Shown: positions 29,581 through 39,669 of the stretch, in pieces
How the letters are laid out: every line of letters starts with the position of its first letter
Numbering within the stretch: position 1 is the stretch's first letter
NCBI GenBank assembly: GCA_964291315.2
Contig: OZ219753.1
Coordinates: 1,280,001-1,344,000 of the forward strand
Reading direction: 5' to 3'
DNA length: 64,000 bases
Origin: Candidatus Poribacteria bacterium
GTDB lineage: Bacteria > Poribacteria > WGA-4E > WGA-3G
Program-made: the position numbers and the translations under genes
Notes under the pieces: model-generated
What the model was told of the DNA's origin: nothing
What the model saw: only the letters and a program-made list of their open reading frames with translations
The model's database searches: none

Positions 29581-29751
29581 TGTACAATCTCCTTTTTAGG
29601 TTAATCAAATTGTCAGACAGGAGCGGTATTTAATGCCCCTTTTTCTGATTACAAAAGCTGCTAATAGTTAAATCCAGAGATTTGAAAATAATTCATTTAA
29701 AATGAAAAATATTTGGACTGCGATAACTTTCTACACGGGGTAGATGTCTCG

Positions 29752-30888
29752 TTACCCTCCAACTGGATGAAACGGTTCCAGTGACAATGACGGTTGACCG
29801 GTTGTGAGAAGTTCAGCTATCAGCTCCCCTGTGATTGGCGCAAGAAGAATCCCATTTTTAAAGTGTCCAGCTGCCAAGACAACGTTGTCATATCCGGGGA
29901 GATAACCGAGAAGAGGTCCCTTTCTAGCGTATGGGCGCAAGCCTGCCCACGTTTGTAGGAAAGTACTGTGCGCGAGCTGCGGAACGATGGCAACTGCTCC
30001 CTCAATCATCCGCTTGGTTCCATCAACCGTTGCGTTTTTATCGTACCCCACGAATTCGAGCGTTGCCCCGATCAGTATCTTCCCATCTGCCCTCGGAACG
30101 ATGTAGATGCCGAGTCCATCAATCGTACGTTCGAAAAGAGGCGGCATCGCTTCAACGAGAACAATCTGTCCCTTCGCGGGTCCAATCTGCATGGGGGCAC
30201 CAAGTTGAGCCGTGAGTTCGCCTGCCCAGCATCCGTTAGCAATCACAAAAGTGTCAGCGTACAAGGTTTCACCGTTCACAACGACACCGATAACATGTCC
30301 ATTCTCCTGAACAAAATTAGTGGCACAGCTCCCGAGTCGGAATTCCGCCCCGAATTTCGATGCACTCTTCGCGAGGGCGACTACCATCTTCGGATTGCGG
30401 ACCTGGGCATCTTCAGGAAACAAGACCGCACCGGCAATAGCTCTCGAAAGTGCTGGCTCTAAGCCCCATGCTTGCTCGGCTGTCAAGATTTCCGTTGAAA
30501 AGCCTCTTTTGACACGGCGATCCGCGAGACCAATCAGTCCTGCCGCTTCATCTGGATCGAAAAATACCGACAGCGTTCCCGATTGAATGAATTCAATATC
30601 TATTTGTGTCTCTGCCCGCAGCTCTTCTGCCAACGATGGATAGAGGGCGAGACTTGCGCGACACAACTCTGGATAAGGCTCATGTGTTGACGCGTGTGAG
30701 GTTAGAATCCCCGCACCTGCCCATGAAGCTTCTGTGCCCACGGCAGCAGCTTTGTCGATGATAAGAGGTCGGATGTTCCGTTTAGCACAATTATAAGCGA
30801 TAGCACATCCGATGATACCGCCGCCGATAACGATGATATCCGCGTGATTTCGACTCAAGTTGTCCTCCGATGTAGGTGGGTGTTGCAT
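29752..30888 (-). CDS. thiO: Glycine oxidase (FAD-dependent, DAO family)
   Basis: IIVIGGGIIG, ASWAGAGIL, KGQ, YIVPR, WAGLRP and GHFKNGILLAP motifs. Confidence 0.85.
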   Translation of the reverse strand: MQHPPTSEDNLSRNHADIIVIGGGIIGCAIAYNCAKRNIRPLIIDKAAAVGTEASWAGAGILTSHASTHEPYPELCRASLALYPSLAEELRAETQIDIEFIQSGTLSVFFDPDEAAGLIGLADRRVKRGFSTEILTAEQAWGLEPALSRAIAGAVLFPEDAQVRNPKMVVALAKSASKFGAEFRLGSCATNFVQENGHVIGVVVNGETLYADTFVIANGCWAGELTAQLGAPMQIGPAKGQIVLVEAMPPLFERTIDGLGIYIVPRADGKILIGATLEFVGYDKNATVDGTKRMIEGAVAIVPQLAHSTFLQTWAGLRPYARKGPLLGYLPGYDNVVLAAGHFKNGILLAPITGELIAELLTTGQPSLSLEPFHPVGG

Positions 30889-31080
30889 TTGGAAAGGATG
30901 CCCCAAAAATCAGAATCACTAGTAGCTTAACACATCACGCACTTAATGTCAATCTCATAGGTTCTATGAGCGCGACTTCATTCAGTTTCACTGACTATAT
31001 ACATCTTTGGATGCACTTCGTAGATATAGGAAGGATGCCGTACAAAATAATTCCGTATGAGATGGATTTTATATTAACCC

Positions 31081-31109
31081 TTGAAATTTTACGGAATTTC
31101 GCGTATAAT
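31081..31109 (+). promoter_or_regulatory. sigma70-type promoter
   Basis: TTGAAA-17-TATAAT upstream of eutN. Confidence 0.55.
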
Positions 31110-31197
31110 TACCAATGATAGAACCTCTTCAAATTTGACAACGCAAAAAAACAGCGATGGAGAAAAACTGATCCCAACATGAAAGGTTTTTAACTAA

Positions 31198-31485
31198 ATG
31201 ATCCTTGGAAAAGTTACCGGGACAGTCGTTGCGACACAGAAAGATGAAAAGTTGATTGGCAGCAAATTGATGATTGTCCAAGATGTAGATCTGAATGGTG
31301 AAGTCGATCCAAAATATACGGTCGCTGTGGATGCAGTCGGGGCCGGGATAGGTGAGATTGTGCTTATTGCAACAGGCAGCTCGGCGCGGCAGACGCATGT
31401 GACAAGCAACAAACCGGTTGATGCTGTAATTATGGCGATTGTCGACACTATAGAAGTTTGTGGGAAAGTGCGGTACTATAAGTAA
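31198..31485 (+). CDS. eutN: Bacterial microcompartment vertex protein (EutN/CcmL, BMC-P)
   Basis: MILGKVTGTVVAT.K, VAVDAVGAGIGE.VL..GSSAR and PVDAVIMAIVD motifs. Confidence 0.95.
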   Translation: MILGKVTGTVVATQKDEKLIGSKLMIVQDVDLNGEVDPKYTVAVDAVGAGIGEIVLIATGSSARQTHVTSNKPVDAVIMAIVDTIEVCGKVRYYK

Positions 31486-31518
31486 AGTCGCGAACGACCC
31501 AAGACTAAGGAATAAGAG

Positions 31519-32106
31519 ATGGAACGGGAACGCGTCCGTGCCGAAACGCTCCACCGCCGTGATGGACTCACAGAAGAAATCCGAAGTACACTCGCTCGAA
31601 AAATCGTCAGGTCTCTTGTCAACTGGATACAGCGCGAAGGCTTCGACACCGTGATGCTCTATCTGAGCATCAGAAGTGAAGTAGAAACATTTGGGCTGCT
31701 AGATATCTTGCTTCACCAAGAAAGAACCGTCTGCGCCCCCACTATAGACAACCCCCGGTTAGAACTCACGCCTCGTCGAATTCAAGACCCCAAAACAGAA
31801 CTCGTGCGACACCGCTACGGACCGTTAGAGCCGAATGCGGCATGCCCTATTTTCCCAACGCCTCAGCTACAACTGATTATTGTTCCAGGTGTTGCTTTCG
31901 ATGCTAACGGCTACCGTTTAGGATACGGAAAGGGGTTCTATGATCGGTTTCTTACGCAGTGCCCACAGGCCGTTAGCATCGGACTAGCGTATCAGATACA
32001 AATTGTCGAAAGTACGTTCCCGCAAATATGGGACATCCCCGTCCAATATATCTTCACAGAGAAGGCGGTCATCGTTGGCAGTAACCAATCAGCAACAGCT
32101 AGTTAA
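31519..32106 (+). CDS. ygfA: 5-formyltetrahydrofolate cyclo-ligase
   Basis: YLSIRSEV and IIVPGVAFDANGYRLGYGKGFYDRFL motifs. Confidence 0.93.
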   Translation: MERERVRAETLHRRDGLTEEIRSTLARKIVRSLVNWIQREGFDTVMLYLSIRSEVETFGLLDILLHQERTVCAPTIDNPRLELTPRRIQDPKTELVRHRYGPLEPNAACPIFPTPQLQLIIVPGVAFDANGYRLGYGKGFYDRFLTQCPQAVSIGLAYQIQIVESTFPQIWDIPVQYIFTEKAVIVGSNQSATAS

Positions 32107-32189
32107 AGGGTTTTCATGTAACAATTCAGAGCTTTCTAGGGCACGCCAAGCTTGGATAGATCGTCCACAAAGATACGCCCTATTGACTG

Positions 32190-32603
32190 TTATTCTGCAT
32201 CGACAAAAGGTCTAAGTTTTTCTATAGTCTTCGGACCGATGCCTTTGATCTCTTGAAGGGCATCCACAGTGGCGAAGGCTCCGTGTTGTGTACGATGGTC
32301 AATAATTCTTTCCGCCGTCCGTTCTCCAATATTAGGAAGCGTTTGGAGTTCTTTCGCAGAGGCAGTATTGATGTTAAGAAGCTCGGGTTTGTTCACTACG
32401 AGAGATTTTGCCGTACTACCTTGTGGACGTTGTGTATCCGGAACAGCGATCAGATTGGGCTCTCCAAGGAACAAGGCGGGTGCAAATCGGCGCATCCCCC
32501 AAAAGCCGGTGCCCGCTAAAATCAGGATCACAAGAAAAGTCACCGCTTTCCAATAGTGGTGCTCAAGAAAATCTTCCACGCTATTTGTTTCCGTTTCTCT
32601 CAT
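32190..32603 (-). CDS. comEA: ComEA family helix-hairpin-helix DNA-binding protein
   Basis: TM helix followed by LNINTAS..ELQTLPNIG..TA.RII and IKGIGPKT. Confidence 0.88.
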   Translation of the reverse strand: MRETETNSVEDFLEHHYWKAVTFLVILILAGTGFWGMRRFAPALFLGEPNLIAVPDTQRPQGSTAKSLVVNKPELLNINTASAKELQTLPNIGERTAERIIDHRTQHGAFATVDALQEIKGIGPKTIEKLRPFVDAE

Positions 32604-34146
32604 GCGTGAGCTCATCGACGTTACTGCATGTCTCAACAATGGCTTCTACAAGACTCTCTACTGTGGCTTTCTTTGCTATCACGTCAACCCGCACGTCATG
32701 TCTCATTGCTGTCTCTTGCGTTGTGGGACCAATCACGGCGACCTTGACATCAGCGAGCAACACTGCAGGAGCATGTGTAGAGAACATTTCAAGGAAGTTC
32801 GTAACCGTTGAAGAACTGGTGAATGTGACGAGATCCACCTTGCCGTTCAAGAGAGCAGCTTCAATTTCGTCCCTGTTTTTATCGCTATCATCTGTCATTT
32901 TGACAGTATCGTAGAGCGTGACCTCGTCAACTATTGCTCCCCTCTCACGCAAACCGTCGGGTACGTCCGCAGCGGCGATTTTCGCACGTGGCAGGAGAAT
33001 CCTCTTTCCCTTGACCCCTTCGATTTCAGCAGCGATGGCACTTCCGCGGGAGCAGGACGGAACAAAATCCGGATGAATACCGATGCGGTTCAGCGCGTTG
33101 ACTGTTTTGCCGCCAACCGCACAGACTTTACCCGTGCCGAAGGCACGAGCGTCCTTGCCATCTTCGCGCAAGCGTGCATAGAAGATTTCTACAGCGTTGA
33201 CACTTGTAAAGATAATCCAATCGTATCTTTCCGGGGGAGGTATGTCTACACCGGCAATAGGTTGGATCTGTATTGTGGGGAATTGGGTGACTTCAGCACC
33301 GTTCGCTTCCAAAAGGTCTGCGAATACGCTTGCTTGGGCGCGCGCGCGTGTCACAAGAATCCGTTTGCCGAATAGCGGTTTGGTATCAAACCAACGGAGT
33401 TGCTCACGCAGCCGATTCACTTCACCGATAACGATAACCGCTGGACTTTTCAGTTGTACCTTCTCCACTTTTTTGACAATATCGTCAAGCGTGCCTTGGA
33501 CAACCTGCTGTTGTGGTGTCGTTCCAACATGTACCAAACTCACCGGGGTTTGCGGGGTTCGGCCATGTGTTATGAGTCGCTCGGTAATCTGACGAAGGTG
33601 AGCAACTCCCATGTAGACGATAAGCGTATCTACTGCTGTAGCGATGCCCTTCCAATTAATTTTTGAATCCGGACCTAATGCGGCGGAATGTCCCGTAACG
33701 AACGCTACCGAAGAAGCATAGTCTCGATGTGTGGCCGGAATACCCGCATAGGCAGATGCGGCAATCGCAGAGGTGATACCGGGAACTACCTCAAACGGAA
33801 CGCCTGCCTCAGTGAGAGCAGCGGCTTCTTCACCGCCCCTTCCAAAGATGTAGGGGTCGCCGCCTTTGAGGCGCACAACTACCTTCCCGGCTTTTGCATG
33901 TTCAACGAGCAATTGATTGAGTTCGGTTTGGCGAGTGGTCTGGGTCCTCGGATCCGGGGCTCGAATTTTCTCGGTGTGTGCAGGGCAGTGTTCAAGCAGC
34001 GTATCATTTAGTAGCAGATCGTAGATGACGACATCGGCGCGTTGAAGACATTCCATGCCTTTGAGTGTGATAAGTTTCCTGTCGCCTGGACCTGCCCCTA
34101 CAATGTAAACGAGCCCGGGGTTTGGTCTGCTTGAAGGTACATTCAT
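32581..34146 (-). CDS. cobA: Uroporphyrinogen-III C-methyltransferase / uroporphyrinogen-III synthase fusion (CobA-HemD)
   Basis: VGAGPGD, RLKGGDPYIFGRGGEE and VPGITS, then PLFGKRILVTRA, FTSVNAV, FTSSSTV and IGPTT. Confidence 0.95.
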   Translation of the reverse strand: MNVPSSRPNPGLVYIVGAGPGDRKLITLKGMECLQRADVVIYDLLLNDTLLEHCPAHTEKIRAPDPRTQTTRQTELNQLLVEHAKAGKVVVRLKGGDPYIFGRGGEEAAALTEAGVPFEVVPGITSAIAASAYAGIPATHRDYASSVAFVTGHSAALGPDSKINWKGIATAVDTLIVYMGVAHLRQITERLITHGRTPQTPVSLVHVGTTPQQQVVQGTLDDIVKKVEKVQLKSPAVIVIGEVNRLREQLRWFDTKPLFGKRILVTRARAQASVFADLLEANGAEVTQFPTIQIQPIAGVDIPPPERYDWIIFTSVNAVEIFYARLREDGKDARAFGTGKVCAVGGKTVNALNRIGIHPDFVPSCSRGSAIAAEIEGVKGKRILLPRAKIAAADVPDGLRERGAIVDEVTLYDTVKMTDDSDKNRDEIEAALLNGKVDLVTFTSSSTVTNFLEMFSTHAPAVLLADVKVAVIGPTTQETAMRHDVRVDVIAKKATVESLVEAIVETCSNVDELTHERNGNK

Positions 34147-34156
34147 CCGTATTTCC

Positions 34157-35068
34157 TTATAACCTTAGCAGCTCAGTTGCGCCGCTATTTTGCAATCCTT
34201 CGGCTACGATTCTGCCCAAATCCTCTGCCGCATCCGCTGTTCCCGTAGCGGTTTCCATAATCCGATGGATTCCTTCTGGATGACAGACGGTGCCTATCAG
34301 TGAAAGTCCACCTTCGACGTACCAAGCATGTGCCCCGGCCGGGACTTGACAGCCGCCACCGAGGTGTTCCAACACAGTTCTTTCAGCGGTAACCTGAGCG
34401 ACAGTCTTGCGGTCGTTTAGAGGTTCAAGCAGCTCTCCGACGGCGCGATCCCCTTCGCGTGTTTCAATCGCAAGTGCCCCCTGTCCAACAGCAGGTACTA
34501 TCCGATCTATATCAAAATATTGTGTGATGATGTCCGGCCCAAACAGGCGCTTGATACCGGCTGCAGCGAGGATAATACCGTCAAGGTCGGTCTCGCGCAG
34601 TTTACGTAACCGCGTATCAATGTTCCCTCGAATGTCAACAACCCGTAAATTTGGGCGCATGTGAAGAAACTGTCCTTTCCGGCGCAGACTTGTAGTGCCG
34701 ATCTTTGCACCACCTATTAAGTCTTCCAAGGGGTATCCGGTAGCAGTGACAAGAACATCGCGTGGGTCTTCCCGCTTTGGAATAGCGGCAATACAGAGCC
34801 CCGGCGGTAATTCTGTTGGCAAATCCTTTAGACTGTGAACCGCAAGATCGATCTCCTCTTTTAAAAGAGCGTTCTCTATCTCCTTGGTAAATACCCCTTT
34901 GCCGAGCCCCACAAGCGTACGGTCTTGAATGGTATCTCCAGTGGTTTTGATGATTTTTAGGTCGATCTTGAGGTCTGGAAAATAAGACTCCAATTGATTC
35001 TTAACAAATCGCGCCTGCCAAAGCGCGAGTTGGCTGCCACGTGTACCGATTGTAAGCGAGTTGTACAT
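34157..35068 (-). CDS. hemC: Hydroxymethylbilane synthase
   Basis: IGTRGSQLALWQ, KGVFTKEIE, AVHSLKDLP, RGNIDTRL and GGCQVP motifs. Confidence 0.97.
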   Translation of the reverse strand: MYNSLTIGTRGSQLALWQARFVKNQLESYFPDLKIDLKIIKTTGDTIQDRTLVGLGKGVFTKEIENALLKEEIDLAVHSLKDLPTELPPGLCIAAIPKREDPRDVLVTATGYPLEDLIGGAKIGTTSLRRKGQFLHMRPNLRVVDIRGNIDTRLRKLRETDLDGIILAAAGIKRLFGPDIITQYFDIDRIVPAVGQGALAIETREGDRAVGELLEPLNDRKTVAQVTAERTVLEHLGGGCQVPAGAHAWYVEGGLSLIGTVCHPEGIHRIMETATGTADAAEDLGRIVAEGLQNSGATELLRL

Positions 35069-35119
35069 CAAAATTCCTTATGATTCAAGGGGCATACAGA
35101 GAGAGGATATAGGTATTCC

Positions 35120-36421
35120 CTACGCTTCCGAATTATCATCATTAACATCCAGCGCGAACAATTCTTGCAAGGCTTGGACATATTGCGCGTGATCGGCACT
35201 TCCATCGTTGACGGCGCAGCGGAGATTCCGCATCGGATGGTGGAGGAGTTTTTTGACAATCGCTTGCGTCATAGAGGTAACAATAGCCTCTTGCTGATCC
35301 GAAAGAGCTGTTTTGTAGAGGCAGGCTTGCAATTCAGTGTCAGCTATCTGCCGAAACTGCTGATGGAGTGCTTTAATTGTAGGATTAACCTGAAAAACTT
35401 GTAATTGGTTGTAGAAACGTTTCGCTTCTTCAGAAACGATCTGCTCCGCTCGAACCGCCTCCTGATGTCTGTCTTTGAGGTTAGAGGCCACAACGGCTTC
35501 AAGGTCATCAATATTATAGAGGAAAGCATGATCGATTTTACCCACATCCGGGTCAATGTCGCGTGGAACTGCAATATCGATAAGGAACATATATCGATGC
35601 TTCCGTCTCCGCATAACCGCGGCGAGAGGCTGACGTTTGATGAGATACGCAGGGGAATCCGTGGAGCTAATGACAATATCTGCATCAACAAGGAAACCCA
35701 AGTCGCTATCATAAGCGAGCGCGGTGCCGTTAAATTTCTCTGCAATTTTGACTGCTCGTTCGTAAGTGCGATTCGCAACAAGAACGTTGGAGGCGCCATT
35801 TGTAACAAGATGCTTTGCAGTAAGCTCGCTCATCTCACCTGCCCCGATAATAGCGACAGTTTTCCCCTCAAGCGTATTGAAAATCTTTTTGGCGAGCTCA
35901 ACAGCAGCGTAACTAATAGAGATAGCGCCCGCAGTAATTGTCGTCTCCGAACGAATCCGTTTACCAACGCTAAAGGCTTTGGGGAAAAGACGGTTGAGAA
36001 CAGTTCCAACATTACCAGATGAACGAGAAAACTCATAAGCCTCTTTGACCTGCCCGAGGATCTGAGACTCACCGACAACCATAGAATCGAGGCTCGATGT
36101 AACTCTGAAGAGATGTTGGATTGTCTGTAAATTATGATGAAGATAACATCCATTTTTAAGCGATTCCATGCTAATCCGATGGCAGCGGGCAAGAAAATCA
36201 ATAAGCATTTTGGCAGCCACCTCCGCATTTGGGATTGAATTCACATGGGCATAAACCTCCACACGATTACAGGTGGAGAGAATCACCGCCTCTTGAACCT
36301 GGTCAGATTCACGCAAACGTTGGAGGGAGTCAATGAGTTGTTCTTCCGAAAATGCCAATCTCTCTCTAAATTCAATAGGAGCAACATGATGGCTGGTTCC
36401 GACGGACACAATTTGGTTCAT
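35120..36421 (-). CDS. hemA: Glutamyl-tRNA reductase
   Basis: STCNRVE, LDSMVVGESQILGQVK, GAGEM and DIAVPRDID motifs. Confidence 0.97.
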   Translation of the reverse strand: MNQIVSVGTSHHVAPIEFRERLAFSEEQLIDSLQRLRESDQVQEAVILSTCNRVEVYAHVNSIPNAEVAAKMLIDFLARCHRISMESLKNGCYLHHNLQTIQHLFRVTSSLDSMVVGESQILGQVKEAYEFSRSSGNVGTVLNRLFPKAFSVGKRIRSETTITAGAISISYAAVELAKKIFNTLEGKTVAIIGAGEMSELTAKHLVTNGASNVLVANRTYERAVKIAEKFNGTALAYDSDLGFLVDADIVISSTDSPAYLIKRQPLAAVMRRRKHRYMFLIDIAVPRDIDPDVGKIDHAFLYNIDDLEAVVASNLKDRHQEAVRAEQIVSEEAKRFYNQLQVFQVNPTIKALHQQFRQIADTELQACLYKTALSDQQEAIVTSMTQAIVKKLLHHPMRNLRCAVNDGSADHAQYVQALQELFALDVNDDNSEA

Positions 36422-36599
36422 TTTTTTTTTTTAAGTTCAAAAAGGTCAACACGCGTACATTTGGTAAATTATATCACATACGCAGCGGTCATGTCAAACT
36501 TAAGAGTGTATATTCTAAGACTATTCAGTTTTCTTGTGGGACCGAGCCCTCGAGACCCGGCTGCTGATTCTCAACAACTAGCAGCGATCAGCATCATCT

Positions 36600-37442
36600 T
36601 CATCTATACGTATGCATACTCTCTAAAAAGAGGCCCACACCAACATAGGTACAGAGAACAGCGACCAAACCGATAATTGCGGCGTAGGCACCCCGGCGTC
36701 CGTGCCAGCCCCAAAATTGGCGGATCCCGATTTGTGCAGTGTAGATAAACCATGTCACAAGCGTCGAGATCACTTTCGCATCGACCCATCTCCAAGGCAC
36801 ATCCGCGATGTATTGGGTCCAGAGACTCCCAACGATAACACCTAGGGTAAGTAGAATTACACCGAGGATCGTGCAGCGATATCCAAGTTCATCGGAAATG
36901 CCTAGAGCGGGCAGCAAGCTGTCAAAGAGGGCATCCATTTTCTTTCGGATTTTTCGTTCTGTGATCAGGTACATCAACCCGAATCCGAAGGCTGCGATGA
37001 ACGCAGCATACGCCAAAAAAATAAGTGTGGTATGCGCCAGGAGCCAATAGTTTTGCAGCGGTTCCGGGAGCGCAGCGGTATGCGTTGCAAAACTATATGA
37101 AATGAGTATCGCAATGAACGCCGCCGGCATAACGAAACTGCCGAGTGTGCGGAGCCGCGTTAACCGCACAATGAGCAGATAAATCAGTGTGATCGCCCAC
37201 GCAAAAAATGCAATAGAGTCCGTCCAGTGCGTCATCGGGAAATGCCCCTGCTCTAGCCACCAAAGCAGGATAAACAACGTAAGAAACCCGAAACCGACGA
37301 TAGTACCCCAAAAGGCAACACGCTCAATTGTCAGGCGAAGCACTGAGCCTTCGCTACGAGTCCCGATCGCCAGCGAAAGCGTGTGAAAAATGCTTGTTGC
37401 TAAGTATATTAAAAGAGTGACAAGAAATAGAAAATTTATCAT
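36600..37442 (-). CDS. ccsA: Cytochrome c biogenesis protein CcsA/HemX family
   Basis: Multiple TM helices, GHFP, H..LIFLAY and GSLW......WRWVDAK (WWD domain). Confidence 0.88.
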   Translation of the reverse strand: MINFLFLVTLLIYLATSIFHTLSLAIGTRSEGSVLRLTIERVAFWGTIVGFGFLTLFILLWWLEQGHFPMTHWTDSIAFFAWAITLIYLLIVRLTRLRTLGSFVMPAAFIAILISYSFATHTAALPEPLQNYWLLAHTTLIFLAYAAFIAAFGFGLMYLITERKIRKKMDALFDSLLPALGISDELGYRCTILGVILLTLGVIVGSLWTQYIADVPWRWVDAKVISTLVTWFIYTAQIGIRQFWGWHGRRGAYAAIIGLVAVLCTYVGVGLFLESMHTYR

Positions 37443-37507
37443 CAAAATTGAGAGATGGAGCCCCGACTTCAGGCAGAGTCGTTGACGTATTGCGGATCCG
37501 AACACAA

Positions 37508-38692
37508 TTATCCAACACTCTCTACGCGGTCCGTTTCCAGCAGATTTGCAGTAAAGGTGCAGGCACGTTCCAACCTACCCTTCCGAACCCAGTTAAAAAG
37601 GCATTCCACAGAACATTCAGGGTTTGTGAGTCTAAGGCAGCAGGTCTGAGATAGTGAGTCGTTCGTTTCAACGTTGTCGATGAGTCTCTCAAAAAAGTCG
37701 GAACGTTTTTTAGGGGTCGGAAAAGCCCTAAGGACCTCCGGACGTAACTGCCCAAGAAACTCAATAAATGCCCCATAACCTTTATTTTCAAAGCGACTCG
37801 CGAGTCTTTTACGGAGGCGCTCTGCCTTTTCAGCAGTTCTATAGCTGCGAGCGGCGACGCTAATAATCAGGTTGGCATCTCTTATGAGTGGCGGTGTAAA
37901 AAGGGTGCCTGCCTTCGGTTTATCAAGAAACTCCTTAACGAACCCGCCCTCATTTCTACAGAGCACCGGGTGACCAGCAGACGTATCCGCAATAACGAGG
38001 AAGGCATCTTCCAGATGATGTGGTTCCGTCTCACTAAGTGATCGACACACAACAGATGCCCCACACTGATGTAATAGTGAAATGCGTCGCTCAATCTCCT
38101 CTGTTTTCTGTCCGTATAAGACAACGCACTCCCGGCGTTTCAACAAGAGATAGACAGGATAGCGGAGCCCTTGGTTTTCAATCCGCACCGGCTTTCCATT
38201 TTCGTATCCGAGCGTGTATAGCGAATCTGCGTTTAGGCATGTCTCAAAATACTCGCGGATCCGCCGACTCGTCGCTGGACTATTCCCGCTCGTGGAGATA
38301 CTGAGCATGAGTTCACCGTCGGTTACAACGGAGGCGGCGGCAAAAGTGCATTGCGGGATAACATCAATAACATTAACTAAACGGATTTTGTTTTTTTCGT
38401 ATGCTTCTATAAAGACAGCACTGTTAATATCTGTGAAATCGGTTGCAGCACAAACAAGAAAATAGCCATCCGTATCGCCTGTCTTTAGCTGACGCTTGTG
38501 CCAACGGATTGTGCCGGTACGGGCCAGGAAGGTTAGCAATTCCGTTGTATCCGGACTGATTACCGTGACATCACCACCACTAAGAAGCATAGCGACCACT
38601 TTCCGCTCCGCAACGGGGCCACCGCCGACAACAAGGCATTCCCGATCCTGAAGATCTATGTATGCTGGATAAAACATTTTATTATATGTCAT
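37508..38692 (-). CDS. Precorrin-2 dehydrogenase/sirohydrochlorin ferrochelatase (SirC/CysG-N-like) with internal domain duplication
   Basis: YPAYIDL...CLVVGGGPVAERK, NVID.PQCTF and ISTSGNSP motifs, then a second degenerate YPVYLLL...CVV copy. ATGA overlap with the upstream stop. Confidence 0.85.
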   Translation of the reverse strand: MTYNKMFYPAYIDLQDRECLVVGGGPVAERKVVAMLLSGGDVTVISPDTTELLTFLARTGTIRWHKRQLKTGDTDGYFLVCAATDFTDINSAVFIEAYEKNKIRLVNVIDVIPQCTFAAASVVTDGELMLSISTSGNSPATSRRIREYFETCLNADSLYTLGYENGKPVRIENQGLRYPVYLLLKRRECVVLYGQKTEEIERRISLLHQCGASVVCRSLSETEPHHLEDAFLVIADTSAGHPVLCRNEGGFVKEFLDKPKAGTLFTPPLIRDANLIISVAARSYRTAEKAERLRKRLASRFENKGYGAFIEFLGQLRPEVLRAFPTPKKRSDFFERLIDNVETNDSLSQTCCLRLTNPECSVECLFNWVRKGRLERACTFTANLLETDRVESVG

Positions 38693-39669
38693 GACTCTCG
38701 TGAGACAACATAATCTGCGAGTTGTTGGAGCGCAAGACACGCATCGTTCTGTGGTAGAATTGCTAAGGCTGCTTTAGCCCGATCCGCATAAGCTTGAGCG
38801 ACACCCAGGCAGTGGGTTTCAACCGCATACTGCTGAAACAGCGATGCAACAAAGGCGATCGCTTCTGTTTCATCCGTGTTAGGATTCAAGGTTTTTTCCA
38901 GCATCTGCTTTTCAGCATCATTACAAATGTTCCGAGCATAAATAATTGGAAAAGTGAGCTTTCCGTCTCGAAGATCACCGAACGTGTTTTTCCCCAATTT
39001 GTTTGGATTTTCCGTGAAGTCAAGCACATCATCGACAATTTGGAAAGCCGTTCCAATGTGTTCCCCATAGACGCTAAGCGCTTCAATCTGTTCTGAATCA
39101 GCAGTGCCGAGATGTGCACCAAGAGTACACGAGGCAGCAATCAGTTTACCGGTTTTGAAACTGATAATTTTGAGGTATTCGGTTTCGGAGATGTCAAAAT
39201 TGCCACTTTTGTAGGCGTGTATGACCTCACCCTCACACATCGCTTGTGTTGTGTCAGCGAGGATCGCCATCGCCGGGTCATCAACACGTCGGGAGACCAG
39301 CATAGAAAGGACGCGAGCATGTAAGTAGTCCCCCACAAGAACAGCGACTTTATTGCCCCACTTGGCATGTAAAGTTTCCCGTCCGCGGCGGATGGTAGCC
39401 TCGTCGAGGACATCATCGTGAACAAGTGAGGCCGCATGTATAAGCTCAACGACAGCAGCGAGCGTATGGGCATCGCTGCCTCGGTATCCGCAAACTCTGG
39501 CAGACAAAACCACGAGCATCGGACGGAGACGTTTGCCGCCTCCTGCAACAACATGCTCGACCGCCATGTCAACGAAACTATACTCACTGGCCGTCTGTTC
39601 GGTAAGTTTTGTTTCAACGGCACCCAGGTCATCCGCAATCAATTGAAGAATCTGATTAAAACTGGACAT
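38689..39669 (-). CDS. Polyprenyl diphosphate synthase
   Basis: GGKRLRP, ELIHAASLVHDDVLD, RRG, KTG and FQIVDDVLD motifs. Confidence 0.95.
   Translation of the reverse strand: MSSFNQILQLIADDLGAVETKLTEQTASEYSFVDMAVEHVVAGGGKRLRPMLVVLSARVCGYRGSDAHTLAAVVELIHAASLVHDDVLDEATIRRGRETLHAKWGNKVAVLVGDYLHARVLSMLVSRRVDDPAMAILADTTQAMCEGEVIHAYKSGNFDISETEYLKIISFKTGKLIAASCTLGAHLGTADSEQIEALSVYGEHIGTAFQIVDDVLDFTENPNKLGKNTFGDLRDGKLTFPIIYARNICNDAEKQMLEKTLNPNTDETEAIAFVASLFQQYAVETHCLGVAQAYADRAKAALAILPQNDACLALQQLADYVVSRES

Noticed and set aside
31486-31518. 6S RNA upstream of ygfA
   Set aside because: Only 33 nt separate eutN and ygfA, and no long 6S-like hairpin is visible nearby.
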